NCBI GenBank assembly: GCA_030704615.1
Contig: CM060733.1
Span: forward strand, 61,194,001 to 61,258,000
DNA from: Takakia lepidozioides
Taxonomy: Eukaryota > Plantae > Bryophyta
Length of the DNA stretch: 64,000 nt
Reading direction: 5' to 3'
This document shows positions 50,621-64,000 of this stretch, in pieces (position 1 is the stretch's first letter; every line of letters starts with the position of its first letter). The notes below the pieces were generated by a model. It saw only the letters and a list, made by a program, of their open reading frames with translations. It did no database searches and had not been told where the DNA came from. A program made the position numbers and the translations under genes.

Positions 50621-52934
50621 CTAGACTTCTGGCATTTGTGCCAGTGCGAGAGTAGCACGGGGCGCACTGACCCAGGGCGTTCCGGCAATAGCAAAGCGCC
50701 ATGGTGCGGCCACGTCTTCTGGAGCCGCATAATCTATACCCACCCTTGGCCCACATAAAATGGCCTCTGGTGCAGGGCCATCCAGGATTTCCAACCCACC
50801 TGTCCCATAAACCCAAAGAAAGCAACTCCAAGAGTCACATGAGAAACAAAATAGATCATATCCAGGAAGACGATAGACAAACCAGCAGCTAAGTTTTGAT
50901 AGATGATCATTAGTGGTCGACTCTCTCTCATATGCAGTAAAAATGACCTTGAGGCTGACCCACTGAGACGCAAAGCCATCTGTGTCAGAATTGATACAAA
51001 TTTCTTACACAAGCTGAGAGGAGCAAGTCTCAGAATCTTTACCAGGTGTGAAAAAAGGATGATGAGACCACTCAGTAGTTAACCCGAGAGCTTGGCCAAC
51101 CTTCCACAAGACACTTTTAGTTACCACATGACTCAAAATTTGCACTGTTGCAGAAAAATATCCATCTACTTCAAACCATTTCTGAGTCAACACCTTACCC
51201 TTATTTATAATCTTGAATAGGCAGCCCCAATGTCAGCTTTACCCAGCCTTTGTCTCTCCTTTCCCTTCAGAAACAACCAACTTTCTGACATTGACAAACA
51301 TTGCGCACTCTTCTAGACTGGGGTTTGGTTATGCTTCACATCCTTTTCCCAATAAAGGAACTCTACTAAACTTGATAAACCGGAAGTAAGCAGCGGATAC
51401 AAGAAACATCAAGATTTCCTATAGGAGAAGATGGCATGGGCCTGACAGGTTGACATACCTTGCCTGGCCCAGTGAGGAGTACAGGCTTGTCAGTATTTTG
51501 TTTCCGGCGAAGCTGTATTGTCTTCAACCCTGGATACATGTGACAAAACATGTCTTGAAGGTTCTTCTAATCCCCAACCACAGAAAAAAAATTGGTGAAC
51601 AACTTAACCAACACCGACTCTCTGAACTTACCCGCCACAGGGGAACAGGCACGGACTAGCACTGCAGCACCCACGTCCGCGCGATCAGCCACCACATTAA
51701 GCATCATGTGGAGGCCATAGCATAAGTACACATATGCATGACCCCCTGCCTCAAACTGCTCCACACTCACCATTCCCATCTTAGTTCACGGGCCTTGTCA
51801 TGAACAATTGGAGGCGACAACAAGAATCCATCACCCCCGCATGCTCAGCATTTATTGATTTGAGTAGGGGAACCAGCACAATGAGGATCCAACATGAACT
51901 TGACAGAAGAGACGCACACCGCACATGATGCATAGCACTGTTGTAGAGACAGCATAAATGCAAGAGTAGCATTCTCAACGTAAAAATGCAAGATTCAAAA
52001 CGAACCACAGGAGCAGTGCGGGCAGTAACACCAAAGCGTGAATGGCAGGCCGTATCTGCTGCCCTGTATGCCTCCACCTAGCAAATGTCCACATGACATT
52101 TGATGTTATGCAGGATAAATCAAAATAAACAGAATCTATGGGAGATGGCACACAAAAGAGTATGACAGGGAGTGACAGAGAAAACAGAAACAGACCTCGG
52201 TAATCTGCAAGATAACATCATCTCGCCGTAGGAGTTTGCCTAAAAGTCGGGGTGCCAAGTCTAATGCATCACACTCGTAGAATGTGGCATCTAATCTCTT
52301 ATACACTTGCTCGGTAAGAGATTGACTGATGTAACTGTGAACCTCTTCTTTGAATCCTGGGAGCTGCCCACACAAGCACAAGAAAAAGGGTCACATCTCA
52401 TCTGTACATGACCACCAAATGAGTATTTGGACCTTTTTCAGACTCACAATGAGACCTAAACTGCAGGACAAAAACAGGAAACATCCCCAAAACTATGGTG
52501 CCAGTAAGCACATATTTCTGTGTGAACTGCGGCCAACTTACACTGACAACCAGATTACAGCCCATGAGAGCAACCTGCCTAGGAGTATGAACTGTTTCCC
52601 ATGTCTGTTCCATGTGGCAATTTCAGGTGAGGACACCTCCACTATGCCTTCAAGCCCACAAAAACCTCACACGTGCAATTCACTTCAAGCTACCTACTTA
52701 TCACACCTGACTACTATTCGCTGCATCAGCCCTGCTCTCCTGTGTCTCCTCCTTGCACACTGTTCTTTTATGCCGCACTTTTCGAGCTTGCTGTCTGATG
52801 GCATCAGATAAAACAAACTTCGTCTCCCAGTTCACCATCTTCACAAGCTTGCTAGATGTGGCCGGCACCCTTAAAGACCTTCGGACTCCTTGAAGTGGAC
52901 CTTCCGAAGATGTGCGTGTTCCTGCAGATGACAT
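50621..52934 (-). CDS. MPG: DNA-3-methyladenine glycosylase (AAG/MPG family), 7 exons; start codon uncertain
   Basis: Phase-consistent exons 52934-52707, 52363-52196, 52077-52006, 51755-51632, 51529-51459, 51100-51043, 50799-50621. Motifs LAPRLLGKLL, ITEVEAY, D.ACH, GHAYVYLCYGLH, AVLVRA, GPGKV.QAL, GPRVGI, WRF. Confidence 0.93.
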
Positions 52935-53979
52935 GGGAGAGCTCCTACAAAGTGGAGAGCCTCTGAGAGCAGCCACACGGGAAGGTGCCGTGTCCTAGGA
53001 AACTGCAGAAACATGCAAACTCTTTCTTTAAATGACAAATACTGTTTGACAGATCCTCTAGTCCATTGGCTTAAGAAATTTTACCAAATTAGGGGGCTTC
53101 CAAGGTTTCTGCCAAGGTTAGAAGCGATGGGGGGAAAAGATGTAATTATTAGACTTCGATTGTGGAGGCTTTGTGGCAAAATGATCTTTTCCTGGGCAGA
53201 AAACAGGAGGACGGGGCGAGGGAAATGTGTGAATATCTCAATGGGGCCAAAAACCACAGCAGGCTGGCCCGGTAGTGGGACACACATTCAGAAAAGAAGT
53301 TTCTTCTAGACTTCCAAGACAGCACCTTCCCACATCAAAACTTAACGTGAATATTCACCCCCAGTCCAGACCCACACATCTCAACATTATCTTTAACTTA
53401 AGAAGGGGAGAAACAGTCTGTTTGTTGATGCATCCAATAAATTGGACATGTTTGCCATCCTCGCCATGATTCCCACATACTGATGCAATTTATACCAGAT
53501 GGAACGTAAAGAGTAGGAACACTATGCCTAGTTTGAACTTCAGCCTAGTGCTCAGAATAGAGAGGACCTTTAGGTAGCCATGAAGAAGCTAGGAGTAGAT
53601 TTTATGCCAGGCTTGCTTTCATTCAAGGAGGTGAGAGGGGAGAGGCAGAATGAAACCTGATGACAACCAAGGACAGCTCAAAGAGCTTACGGGACAAAAG
53701 AAATCAGGATACAAGACAGGATGTGGTGCCCTCAACAAGCAGCCAGAAAACAACTAGTCAATGTCAAGATTCCTGAATGTGGAGAGAATGCACTCATAAG
53801 ACAGTGTTTGCCATAACCTTATGCAGCCATAGACCACATGCCCGGTTTGGGCAGAACAATAGGGAACATGCTGCCTCACCAAGTCTATCGAGATTTTGGA
53901 AGTTGGTGAGCAGAGGTGCACAGACTATGTTATTGATGGTCCTGAAGAGGGTCACTCTCTGATGATAATACCCAAGACG

Positions 53980-54330
53980 TTGTTCAGAAAATGGATATTG
54001 TCTTCAGGCTGCCCGCACATTGAGTAGTGACAATCTTCCTTTCCTCTCTGCATCTGTTTACTGTTCCAAGGTACACTCCCGCCTGAATTTAAATTTCAGT
54101 CTAGTGCCAAGGGTAGGTAGGCCCTTCAGGTCATCCTTAAGGTCCTCACCCATATCACCGACTGAAAACAAGTTCAGTGAGGTTTTATGCCTACTTCGTT
54201 TTGTTCGGACATTCTCATGACCTTAGATTCTTCAGCCTCCAACTCAGCTCATCTAGCAGGGTGAGTTCTTCCAGCCTATTATTAAGATACTTGAAAATCT
54301 CCTCTTCCCTTTTCTGCCCCACCATAGCAT
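53980..54330 (-). mobile_element. Diverged LINE 3' fragment related to 565-2029
   Basis: Shares CAGAAAATG.ATATTGTCTTCAG and TTTAAATTTCAGTCTAGTGCC with 1177-1300. Confidence 0.75.
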
Positions 54331-55179
54331 CTTGTGGAAGACTAGCTATTATCGTCACCTCCAAGTTACACAAAAGCCCATTCTAACTGACTCCAAAACA
54401 CGCGACTACGGGAACTTTCTAGTTCCTACCTGTCAAATAGTGTCAGGGCAAGAATTCCTAGGAACAAAATTCACACAATCGTCTGCACACACACAGGCGT
54501 CTGCACCTCCTCCTCGTACCCTTAAGTGATGTCTGACTGGAAAATATTGCATTAGGAAGGATATCCGCCATCAATGAATCACAAAAGAATGGAACTAAAT
54601 GCTGGACTTTGTAGTTGAAGGTTTGAAGAAATGTTCTTCATATATGTATCTGTGTGAAACATCTATGTCTGTTGTGCTGAAGGTGAAGCCAACCATATCC
54701 AGAACGTTGAGTTCCGATGACAAAGATGGAAGTCCGCAAATCTGCATTTAAACAAAGCACAAAACTTTCACCCCCTTACCATGCATTTTTGCCACTGAAA
54801 AAGTATGTGAATGTGGTCTTTTCTTAATTCCAGATGCTACGGTCGTCTCAACGTCCATGTCCTTCCCTCCGAGTGCATAATTGCCACCTCTCCAACCTTA
54901 CAATATACAACCAGCAGACAGACCTCCATATCGCAGAGGAGTGACAACACCATTTGTCTACTTGTCCACACGAGTTTCGGAATCCCTAATCTTCACCGCA
55001 ACTCCACTGGCTGCTAATCAGCCTGCTAAGCTAGTTAGCAGCCGTTTCCTGCGAAGTGAGGACCGCACCTGCACGTTAGGGACCCCGGCTAACTAGAGGC
55101 ATTTTCAGTGCCAGCTATATTTCCCTCTAAACTTTAACCGGGACTCGCCCTAAATGGTATATCACGGTCACTTGCTTAA

Positions 55180-56196
55180 ACCCTAAAGGACTAACCCCAA
55201 TTTTTGGGTCCACCCCCCAAAAGTTGACCCTTCCCCACTAAATAATTTATATCTTGAGATTTCCTCAGGCCCTGTAAAACTGACCGTTGTAATGTTCCTG
55301 CCTACCCCAGCTATGACCACAAAAACTCTGGTCCAAATCGAACCGCCGGATCGCAAAATTATAATGGTGAAAGTTGGGCCAAAAACAAATTTCCTATTTA
55401 CAATGGGGTAAAAAACACAGCTTTTCTTATCGAATTTCCCAGCTGTGAAAGTTTTTGACATGACACAAACCATAATCTTGTACCCTGCCAGGTAAGACAT
55501 CTGCCCTGAAAATTTCAGTTTTTTCTGACATGTTCTCATGTGGGCTGCTTTGTATGGCCAATTTGGGGGGTCAAATTTCCCAATTTCAAATGGGCAAGCA
55601 CAAAACCGTATTAGAAAATTCGGTGACAAGATCTGAACCGTTGAATTGTCAATCGCTCCGGTTGTACTGTAGTGGGCAGGTTTGTGTAAGCATAAAAAAA
55701 CTTTTGCGCCAATCAGAGCTTCCCTTCATATGATTTTAGCTCCTGCCCATGACTTCTCCATGTGCACCTATGTTTGCCTATACTTTTTGGCTTGTAGCCC
55801 TAAGGTATGTGGGTTTTGTGGGGGTGCCTTTGCCTTTGCCTGCCAATGGGGGGCGCTTTAGGGTGGAGGGGGCGCAATAGAGGGTGTTGGGAGACGCGCC
55901 ACCCTGCGCAAGTGGGGGTCGGTGGAATTTCTCCCTAACCTGACCCTAGTTGACACGTAGGATGGAGGGCAGGTTAGCTGCCCAAAATGGAGCTGAAACC
56001 ACGAGTGTGGCAGACTCTAGGTGTTCCATGTGGCTGGGGCCAGGCCCAATGATGAATTGGGAAATGTCACCTCATAGCTGACGCGATTATCTATCCAATG
56101 AGCCTAAACATGCTCAAATCAGGCTTAACCCCAGTGATAACCAGACACTTTTCTAAATCTAACCGACCCAGTTTGGGTCGCTTCGTCCTTTAGGGG
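55180..56196. mobile_element. Second piggyBac-like non-autonomous element with TTAA TSD
   Basis: TTAA|ACCCTAAAGGAC ... GGGTCGCTTCGTCCTTTAGGGG|TTAA. The right end is nearly identical to that of 41270-42230. Confidence 0.75.
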
Positions 56197-57009
56197 TTAA
56201 ACACGGGCAATTCATGCGGGCCCGCCATCAACCTCTTCTCTGCGAACGAACTGCCGAGTTCTCACCATTCTCCGGTGTGTAAGTAGCTAACAGACATGAT
56301 GCTCATGGGAGTTCACTTGCCTGCAGCTTGATTGAACTATAATCTAAAACCATGTGATAAAAATAAATAAAATGGAGATATTGCGTGAGGAACACTTCAC
56401 CGTAGAATTTCATTATCGATGTCTGTTATTATTTTCCTGCAAGAAGCTCCAAGGGCATATTTGAAAGCAGATTTTGTTTTCGAGCAGTTTCTTTGTAAGA
56501 CTTCTTTCTTGCATGTTGTACCATACCGTCCAGTTTTAGAGCAAACCGAGAGAGCGATCATCTAAAAGTCATGATGTATGTATGTCTTTTTTGCTTTGCC
56601 GTTTTCAGGGATTAATGGGATTACTGACCAGTATAGTAGACAGGAGTAATACATGGATTATATTGCACATCATGTAGGCAATGGCACAACTGTTTATGGA
56701 TACCAGCAATAGGCACAAGCATCTTATGCACAACGCCAACATGTGTCATTCTTGCCCAACAGCATGCTTCCACCATAGTTGCCGATCAGCGGCAGCCCAT
56801 GTAGAAAATGTAGAAATAACACCTGCAGACTAGTTGGCACTCTACATGGCCTATGCTCAAGTAGAATACTCAATGTACTTATGGTTTAGAAAACACCACA
56901 ATCCACCTTTTGATTCCGCTGCCTACAAGATTCGTCACTCATACTTAGAGACATCTCGCCTAGTATGTGTTAACCTTACTCATAGCTAAGCACGCTCCAG
57001 CTGCCCAAG

Positions 57010-58134
57010 CAGCAGCAGAATGCAGAAAGTTGCCACAGCTGAGGAGAAAATTAAGCGTGCCCAACGAATAGCTGAGCTTAAGAAGAGGACCAGATGCAAT
57101 TATTGTCCTGCCGAAGGTCCCTGGGAAAGAGAATGCGAAAAGAAGAAACAAGATGAGAAATCTAAGAGTGAAGCGAACATCATCGCCTCTGAAGAATCCG
57201 ACAGTGCTGCCTTTGTCACAATCACCAACGAATCTAGCAGCAGCAAGTCTGACAGTACTAAGTATGCGGATGGTGGTGCCACTGAGCATATGACAGATAA
57301 GCTTGAGTGGTTTGATGCTCTTGAGGAGATTTGTCCCGGCAAGTGGCCAGTTATGATTGCCGATAACATGAAGCTTTGGGTCTGCGGTGTCGGCAACATT
57401 GTAATCTAGTGCCTGGTTGATGGAAATTGGGAAAAGATGATGATGTTACGTGTCCTCGACGTACCAAAAGTCAAGAAGAATTTTTTTTCAGTAGGTCAAG
57501 CTGATTTGTGACCACCTACAAGCGAGGGGAATGTTTCCTCCCTAGCCAAGAAGGACGAGGTAAAGTTGTGTTGATTGGCATTCGATTTGACAAACTGTAT
57601 GGATTGCAGCTTAGGGTGGTGAAGCCCACAAGCAAGGCCAATGTTGCCCTCACAATCCAGATCTGACTCCCAATGGGACAATGCCTACTACCAAAAGCTT
57701 GCGTGTGTGGCACGAGCGTTTTGGGCATGTCAACAACAACATGATCCTCCGATGGTGAAGAACGACGTGGTTATAGGTCTGCAGCTTGCAACCAAGGACT
57801 ATGAGCCTGGTCTGTGCGAAGGTTGTGCCTTCGGAAAGAACCACAAGTAGTCATTCCCAGTCCGCTCACTGGCACCCCACGCACAAAAAGCTGGCAAATT
57901 TTTCCACAATGATGTTTGTGGGCCCATGAGTGTCAACTCATTTGGAGGGGCATGATACTTTGCTCTTTTTAAGGATGATTTCAATAGATACCGTTTTGTG
58001 TAACCGGATTACAAAGCTCCGCAGTGACAGGGGAGGCGAGTATTTGAGCACTGAGTTCACCAAATACCTTGAACACGCCGGGATTCGCCATGAGACCACC
58101 GCCCCATACTCCGCCGAGCAGAATGGATGTGCGG
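57010..58134 (+). mobile_element. Ty1/Copia fragment (gag knuckle, protease, integrase) interrupted by the Gypsy insertion
   Basis: CNYC..GPWEREC, ADGGATEHMT, WHERFGH, CEGCAFGK, HNDVCGP, LRSDRGGEY, TAPYSAEQNG. PR-INT order is Copia-like. Confidence 0.88.
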
Positions 58135-58856
58135 TGTCGCGGCCCTTTGCCTTGAGGGCAGGGGGGTCGGGACACAAGAGGGGTTGCCCCTGTGGTGGGG
58201 GCAGTGGCAACAATAGATGTGGGGGCTGAAGCACCCTTGAGTGCCCAAGGCACTCAAGGAGGTGAAGGCGCTCACTAGGTGGAGCCCCGCACACCGGGTT
58301 GCGGTGGGGGTGGTTCCACGAGGGGTGGTGGTAGCTTAGTGGGTCTTAGTGGGGGTGGCATGGGACTCACCATGGGGCGGAAACCTTGTGGTGGGAGTCA
58401 TGGGGAGTCTTGGGACTCGTCACGGCCCAATGGGGCCGTGGTGGGTGGGCCAAGACTCACCGCGACTCATCACCGGGAGTTGAGGGTTTTCGTGGTGGTT
58501 CGCCATAAAATGGCAGGGTTGTTTGTGAAACCCCCGCGGACAGTCACAGAAGTATATATAGGGAGTAGTAACCCCGAGAACGGTGCAAGCCCGTGACCCA
58601 AAACTAGTGAGTAAGCGTGCGAGCTGGAAAGCGACCAAGGCGTGGGGAGCTGTTCCGGACTGCCATCGACCAAAGGGAATTTCCACCTGGCCCAAATTGA
58701 GATAGGGTCTCGTGGAGGAGTAAAGGGGGACCGTTATGTCCCGGTGAGCAGCCGAAGCTCCGAGTTGGCCCGGCGGCCAGTTCGGGAGTTAGGCGTGCGC
58801 ATCAAAGCGAGTAACTATGACTTGAAGGGGAGCTTACCGAAGCGAGGTACGCGACA
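58135..58856 (+). repeat. 5' LTR (722 bp)
   Basis: TGTCGCG...CGCGACA termini, repeated from 63667. Confidence 0.92.
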
Positions 58857-58858
58857 CT

Positions 58859-58870
58859 TGGTATCAGAGC
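58859..58870 (+). promoter_or_regulatory. Primer binding site for tRNA-iMet
   Basis: TGGTATCAGAGC lies 2 nt after the LTR-terminal CA. Confidence 0.93.
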
Positions 58871-61800
58871 TTAGAGTTCAGTACGCGATCGTCATTGAGA
58901 TCGGCCTCATTATGGGGTCGGGCAAGCCAAAGCGAAATCGGAACGGCGCGAAAGATGATGATCCTGGTGAGCCCGATGGGGACAACGTGTCACCGAAGCG
59001 GCAATTTGAGGAGGCGATTCATGCTTTTGAAAGCGAGGCCGCTCAAGAACGGGAGGAATCTGGGGAGTCGGAGCCCAAAGGGAGGGCCTTCACATGTCAA
59101 GGCGACACCCAGTGCTCCGAAAGAAAAATCAGGTGTGGCGGCTTATGGCGGATAGAATGCGACCTTCGATGGAGTGTGCTTTAATTGCGGGGAGCCCGGG
59201 CACATGGCCAAGAAGTGCACGAAACCCCGACAATTGAACATGACTCGAGCGGCCACGGAGCTGTCCGAAGATTCCATTAGCCGCTTGGTGGAGGCAGTGG
59301 TCGCAAAGACTTGCAAGGTAGGCAACTAATCTTGTGAGTTGTATCAGGAAACTGACGCCTTGCGTAAAGGAAGTCAGTTAATGTTCGTAAATGGGATAAT
59401 TTCCGGAACTAAGGTGTCGTTGTTGGTGGACACAGGAGCGTCGTACTCTTTCATGACACCGGCAACGGCACGGAAGCTGGGGCTCCTGACAAGTGAAGTG
59501 GGAGCCTCTATTGAAGTGCGTTCTACCAAAGGAGAACCACAACTGGCGATGCCAAGGATTATCTAATGTAATCCATGGCAGCTCCTATCTTTTATTCAGA
59601 TAGTGGAGCTTGGCGTTCGATGTTCCTCTTCAGCTGGGGAGTTGGGAGGGACGTGAGAACTTCACCATTTGCGAGATCGATGGAGTGGATCTCATTTTGG
59701 GGATGACATTTTTGAGCAAATCATGAGTGGTCATAGACGGCCGCAAGAGAGTAGTCACGCTACCATGTGGGAATGGTGGCGAAGTTTTGCAAGTGTCGGA
59801 AACGCCCAACCCAGTAGGAGAACGAATAAACCTGCTGTCAGCAAAGGAATGGGCCGTGGAGGAGCCACATGAGCCCCAGTTCTTGTTTTACGTAAGACAA
59901 GTGGAGGGAGAAGGCGATAGGGAGCCGAGCCCAGATTGGATCAAGGGGATCTTAGAGAAATACCAGGATGTGATGCCGGAGGATTTACCAAGCGGCTTGT
60001 CACCGTGAAGAGGAGTTGACCACAAGATTGAGGTGATACCGGGATCAGAGACGCCTGCCAAGGCGCCATACCGATTGAGCCACAGAGAGTTGGTCGAGCT
60101 GAAGACTCAACTCAAGGATCTAATGTCAAAGGGGTACATCTGGCCGAGTAAATCACCTTACGAAGCCCCGATGCTATTTGCAGACAAGAAGGATGGGACG
60201 CTGCGGATGTGTGTCGATTACAGGGCTCTGAATAAGGTGACTATCAAGAACCGGTACCCTTTGCCAATGATTGACGACCTCTTCGATCGGTTGGCAGGAG
60301 CGAAGTATTTCAGCCGGATCGATCTGCGCTCCAGCTACCATCAAATCCGAGTGGCGGAAGTAGATGAGGAGAAGACCGTGTGCAGGACAAGATATGGTTC
60401 ATATGAATTCTTGGTGATGCCTTTTGGGCTCACCAACGCACCCGCGACCTTTAGCACGCTAATGAACAGCCTTTTCCAGGAGTGGTTGGATGACTTTGTG
60501 ATCGTGTACATCGACGACATATTGGTGTACTCAAAAACAAAGGAAGAGCACCTGGAGCACCTCAAAAGGATGTTCTAGAAATTGCGGGAATGGAAGCTAT
60601 ATGCCAAAGCTTCAAAGTGCGAATTCGGGGTCACAAAAGTGGAGTTCCTAGGGCATGTGATTACACAGGATTGGATCAAAATGGATGACAGAAAGGTGAG
60701 GGCGATCTTGGACTGGGAGCCTCCGACTTCGGTCCCAGGAGTGCAATCCTTCCTAGGACTCGCCTCATATTACCGAAAGTATGTGAGAAATTTCACCAAG
60801 ATCACGGGGCCGCTGTCGAACCTTTTGTGTAAGTCCAAGGTATGGGTATGGAACACCTTTTGTGCCCAAGCTTTTACCGAGTTGAGGCAGCGAATGGCGG
60901 AAGCTCCAGTCCTAAAAATCCCGGAGTTCGACCGTCCATTTGAGATTCATACGGATGCATCCGACTTCGCGATTGGGGGTGTACTCATGCAGGATGGACG
61001 TCCAGTGGCTTACGAAAGTAAGAAACTAAATGAAATGGAGTGACGGTGGCCTACGCACGAGAAAGAAATGAAGGTGGTGGTGCATTGCCTTGAGCTTTGG
61101 CGCCACTATGTTAGTTCCAACCCGGTGAAGGTATTCACGGACAATGTCACAGTGAAGTATTTTGCCACACAACCTAAGTTGTCCCCAAAACAACTTAGGT
61201 GGCAAGACACTTTAGCGGTGTTCGACGTGGATATCCAGTACAAACCGGGACGGGACAATGTGTTGGCCGATGTGGCAGCAGCTCATGTTGGTGTACAGGG
61301 GCGAGACGACGCTCCAAAGGAAGATCCGGAAGGCTTACCGGAATGATGAGATGGCGAAGTCCGTGATGCGGGACTTGAGGACGGGGATTAAATCGCAGTT
61401 CCACTTGCAAAATGGACTGCTCCGGTACAAGCAAAAGCGTCTCTATGTGCCGAAGGGAAAGATCAGAGATAGTCTCTTGAGAGAATGCCATGATGGCCTG
61501 CTTGCGGGCCACGGCGGAGCCAAGCGCACCGCGACACTCTTGAAGAAAGAGTATTTCTGGCCCAAACTGAGGGAGGGGGCCGAGGAGTATGTCAATACAT
61601 GCACCACATGCCAACAAAACTGGAGTGAGTACAAAAAGCAAGCGAGACTGTTACAACCCGTGCCGATTCCAGAGGGGTCTTGGGAAAGTGTCTCGATGGA
61701 TTTCATGACTGCTATGCCGCTGTCAAAAAGATCTGATGCAATCATGGTGGTGGTGAATAGGTTCAGTAAAATGGCCACTTCATACCCACCAAGGAGACGA

Positions 61801-63666
61801 CAACGGCGCAGGAGACGGGGCGACTTTACTTCGCCCACGTCTTCAAGCATCATGGACTCCCGAATGATATTGTTTCGGACCGCGATCCAAAGTTTACAAG
61901 TAAATTTTGGAGGGCACTTTGGAAGAAAATGGGGACAAGGCTCAAGATAAGCACCGCCTTCCGACCTACGACGGACGGCCAAATGGAAAGGGTGAATTCC
62001 ATGGTGAAGCAGATCTTGCGGAATTACGTGTCGGCAAACCAATCGGACTGGGTGGAGCACTTGGATGCGGCAGAGTTCTGTTATAATAACACAAAACACT
62101 CCGCAACGGGAGTTTCCCCTTTCGTATTGGTCTATGGAAAAACACCTCTAGTGCCGACAAGTTGGGCCGCCCAAGACGTTGAGGAACCGGCAGCAGCAGT
62201 GGTGCTGGAAGAACGCGAGCATTTGTTGAAGCTTGCAAAGTACAACATTGCCAAAGCTAGGAAACGGTATGAACGACAGGCAAATCGGAAGCGGAGGGAA
62301 GTTAAGTTTGAGGTAGGCATAGAGGTCTGGTTGAACATCAAGAATTTTCGACTATCTCCGGAAGTGAGTCCGAAGTTCGTACCTCCGTATACGAGACCCT
62401 TTCGCATCCGGAAGGTTATGAATGAGGATGTGTATGAATTGGAGCTGCCGGCAAACAGCAAGGTGCATCCGGTATTCCACGTCTCTCTTTTAAAGCCTTA
62501 CTTCAAAGATGAAGCGCGTCCGAATCGGCATCAAGTGTTGTGTCCGTCACCTATGCTGTTGGATCATGAAAATGAACCTGAGTACGAGGTGGAGGCACTG
62601 CTTAAGTCGAGGAGGTTCAAGAATCAAGAAATGGAGTATCTCGTGAAATGGAAGGACTATCATTATGTGGAGGCATCTTGGGTGCGTGCCTCAGAAATGG
62701 GAAACGCATCCGAAGCGGTTGCAGCTTTCGAAGGGCGACCTCAAAAGCAGAAGAAGCGTTGATGGGGACATCAACCTTGGATCGTGGGGGAGGAAATGCA
62801 TGCTTAGCCCGGCTTAGCTAGCTTAGGAATCCGATTGCAAAAACTTGTGTTGCACAAATTTTGTTTATAAATGAAATGGTTTTAAATGTTGTGCGTCCTA
62901 TTTTGTTTGTAATGGTGATGCATGGTATGGTAGGCTAGTGTATAGAATGCATGCTAGCTTACAAAAGTGGGAGAGATAAATTGGATTAATTGTGTGTTTG
63001 CGTAGTGCCGAAATCGGGTGACTCCCATCCAAGGGGCAAGGAAACTTGCACCTTCTTTGGGAGTTCACGTGCTAGTGTGCATCTGGCGCGTGCGCGTACT
63101 ATAACTGTGCTACCGAGGGGGTTGCCTTGTAGTGTGGGCTAATGCGGAAGCTACGTGCTTCCGTTCACATACTATAATCGTGTAACCTCGGAACGAAGTC
63201 GTAGTGCGGCTTCGGCGTGTTCCCATACCTCAGGCCAGCATTCCAAGCTGGACCCAATTGTAGTGATTGGGGCACACGGTTGGTTCAAGGTTATCTTCCT
63301 AGTCAAAAAGGGTTCAAGATGAACCCTTGCCCAAGGTGATGCCAAAAGCGGCATGATGAGCGGTCGCAAGCAATGTTGTTACAGTAAGGCGATCCGATCT
63401 TCGGGGAGGATCGTTCCTTGGCCCTGAAGTGGGCCAAGAAGAGTGCACTGGGAGGAGCTTGATAGGCTCCACCCTTGGCCGGGACTTGGAGGAAGTTGGC
63501 CGAACTAACTAGTGGAGAGTTGAGTCAAGTGGGGGTTTGGTTCTTTGTCATGGGACGCCATGGTACGGAAACAAACTCCTTGATGTGAAACGCCACAACT
63601 TGGATGTTCGTTTCTACAGAATGGACAAGTCGATGAGGACATCGACTCCCTGTTGGTAGGGGTGTG

Positions 63667-64000
63667 TGTCGCGGCCTTTTGCCTTGAGGGCAGGGGGGTC
63701 GGGACACAAGAGGGGCTACCCCTATGGTGGGGGCAGTCGCAACAATAGATGCGGGGGCTGAAGCACCCTTGAGTGCCCAAGGCACTCAAGGAGGCGAAGG
63801 CGCTTACTAGGTGGAGCCCCACACACCGGGTTGCGGTGGGGGTGGTTCCACGAGGGGTGGTGGTAGCTTAGTGGGTCTTAGTGGGGGTGGCATAGGACTC
63901 ACCATGGGGCGGAAACCTTGTGGTGGGAGTCGTGGGGAGTCTTGGGACTCATCACGGCCCAATGGGGTCGTGGTGGGTGGGCCAAGACTCACTGTGTCTC
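63667..64000 (+). repeat. 3' LTR (partial), preceded by a purine-rich tract
   Basis: Matches 58135-58468 with about 16 substitutions by manual count. Upstream tract GGTAGGGGTGTG. Confidence 0.92.

Larger units (their letters stand above)
58135..64000 (+). mobile_element. Chromodomain-bearing Ty3/Gypsy (chromovirus, Galadriel-like), degenerate; runs off the window end
   Basis: Two LTRs, Met PBS, short or deleted gag with CFNCGEPGHMAKKC, VDTGA, YIDD, TDASD, integrase, and chromodomain [26 protein letters not shown] and LSPKQLRWQD suggest Galadriel (from memory). Confidence 0.93.

Noticed and set aside
50621-52934. Functional link between the MPG glycosylase gene and the TE methyltransferase
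   Set aside because: It is an ordinary spliced host gene more than 40 kb away, with no evidence beyond proximity.
61195-62461. Long antisense ORFs over pol (also 3323..3736 and 6473..6904)
   Set aside because: Shadow ORFs of GC-rich coding sequence with no recognisable motifs.

Overview
Eukaryotic nuclear DNA, most likely a non-seed land plant such as a bryophyte or lycophyte (inference from spliced plant-type genes and the TE lineages). Two intact multi-exon host genes lie on the minus strand: a USP-domain receptor-like cytoplasmic kinase (about 31.7-37.8 kb) and a DNA-3-methyladenine glycosylase (about 50.6-52.9 kb). Bases 0.5-30 kb are a dense stack of truncated transposon remnants, and 57-64 kb is a chromodomain Ty3/Gypsy element nested in a Copia element. 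The main find is a degenerate Ty3/Gypsy element (about 3.3-12.1 kb, minus strand). Its Pol carries a DNMT3-like C5 cytosine methyltransferase domain between protease and reverse transcriptase, in frame with RT, and an intronless captured TruA pseudouridine synthase fragment sits upstream of gag. Also notable for a plant: a Dualen/RandI-like non-LTR remnant (RNase H + CCHC + restriction-like endonuclease, missed by the ORF track), a P-element-like transposase gene, and TTAA-flanked piggyBac-like elements, one with an adjacent empty site. All calls come from manual motif reading and no database searches were run. Coordinates are hand-indexed and may be off by a few bases.
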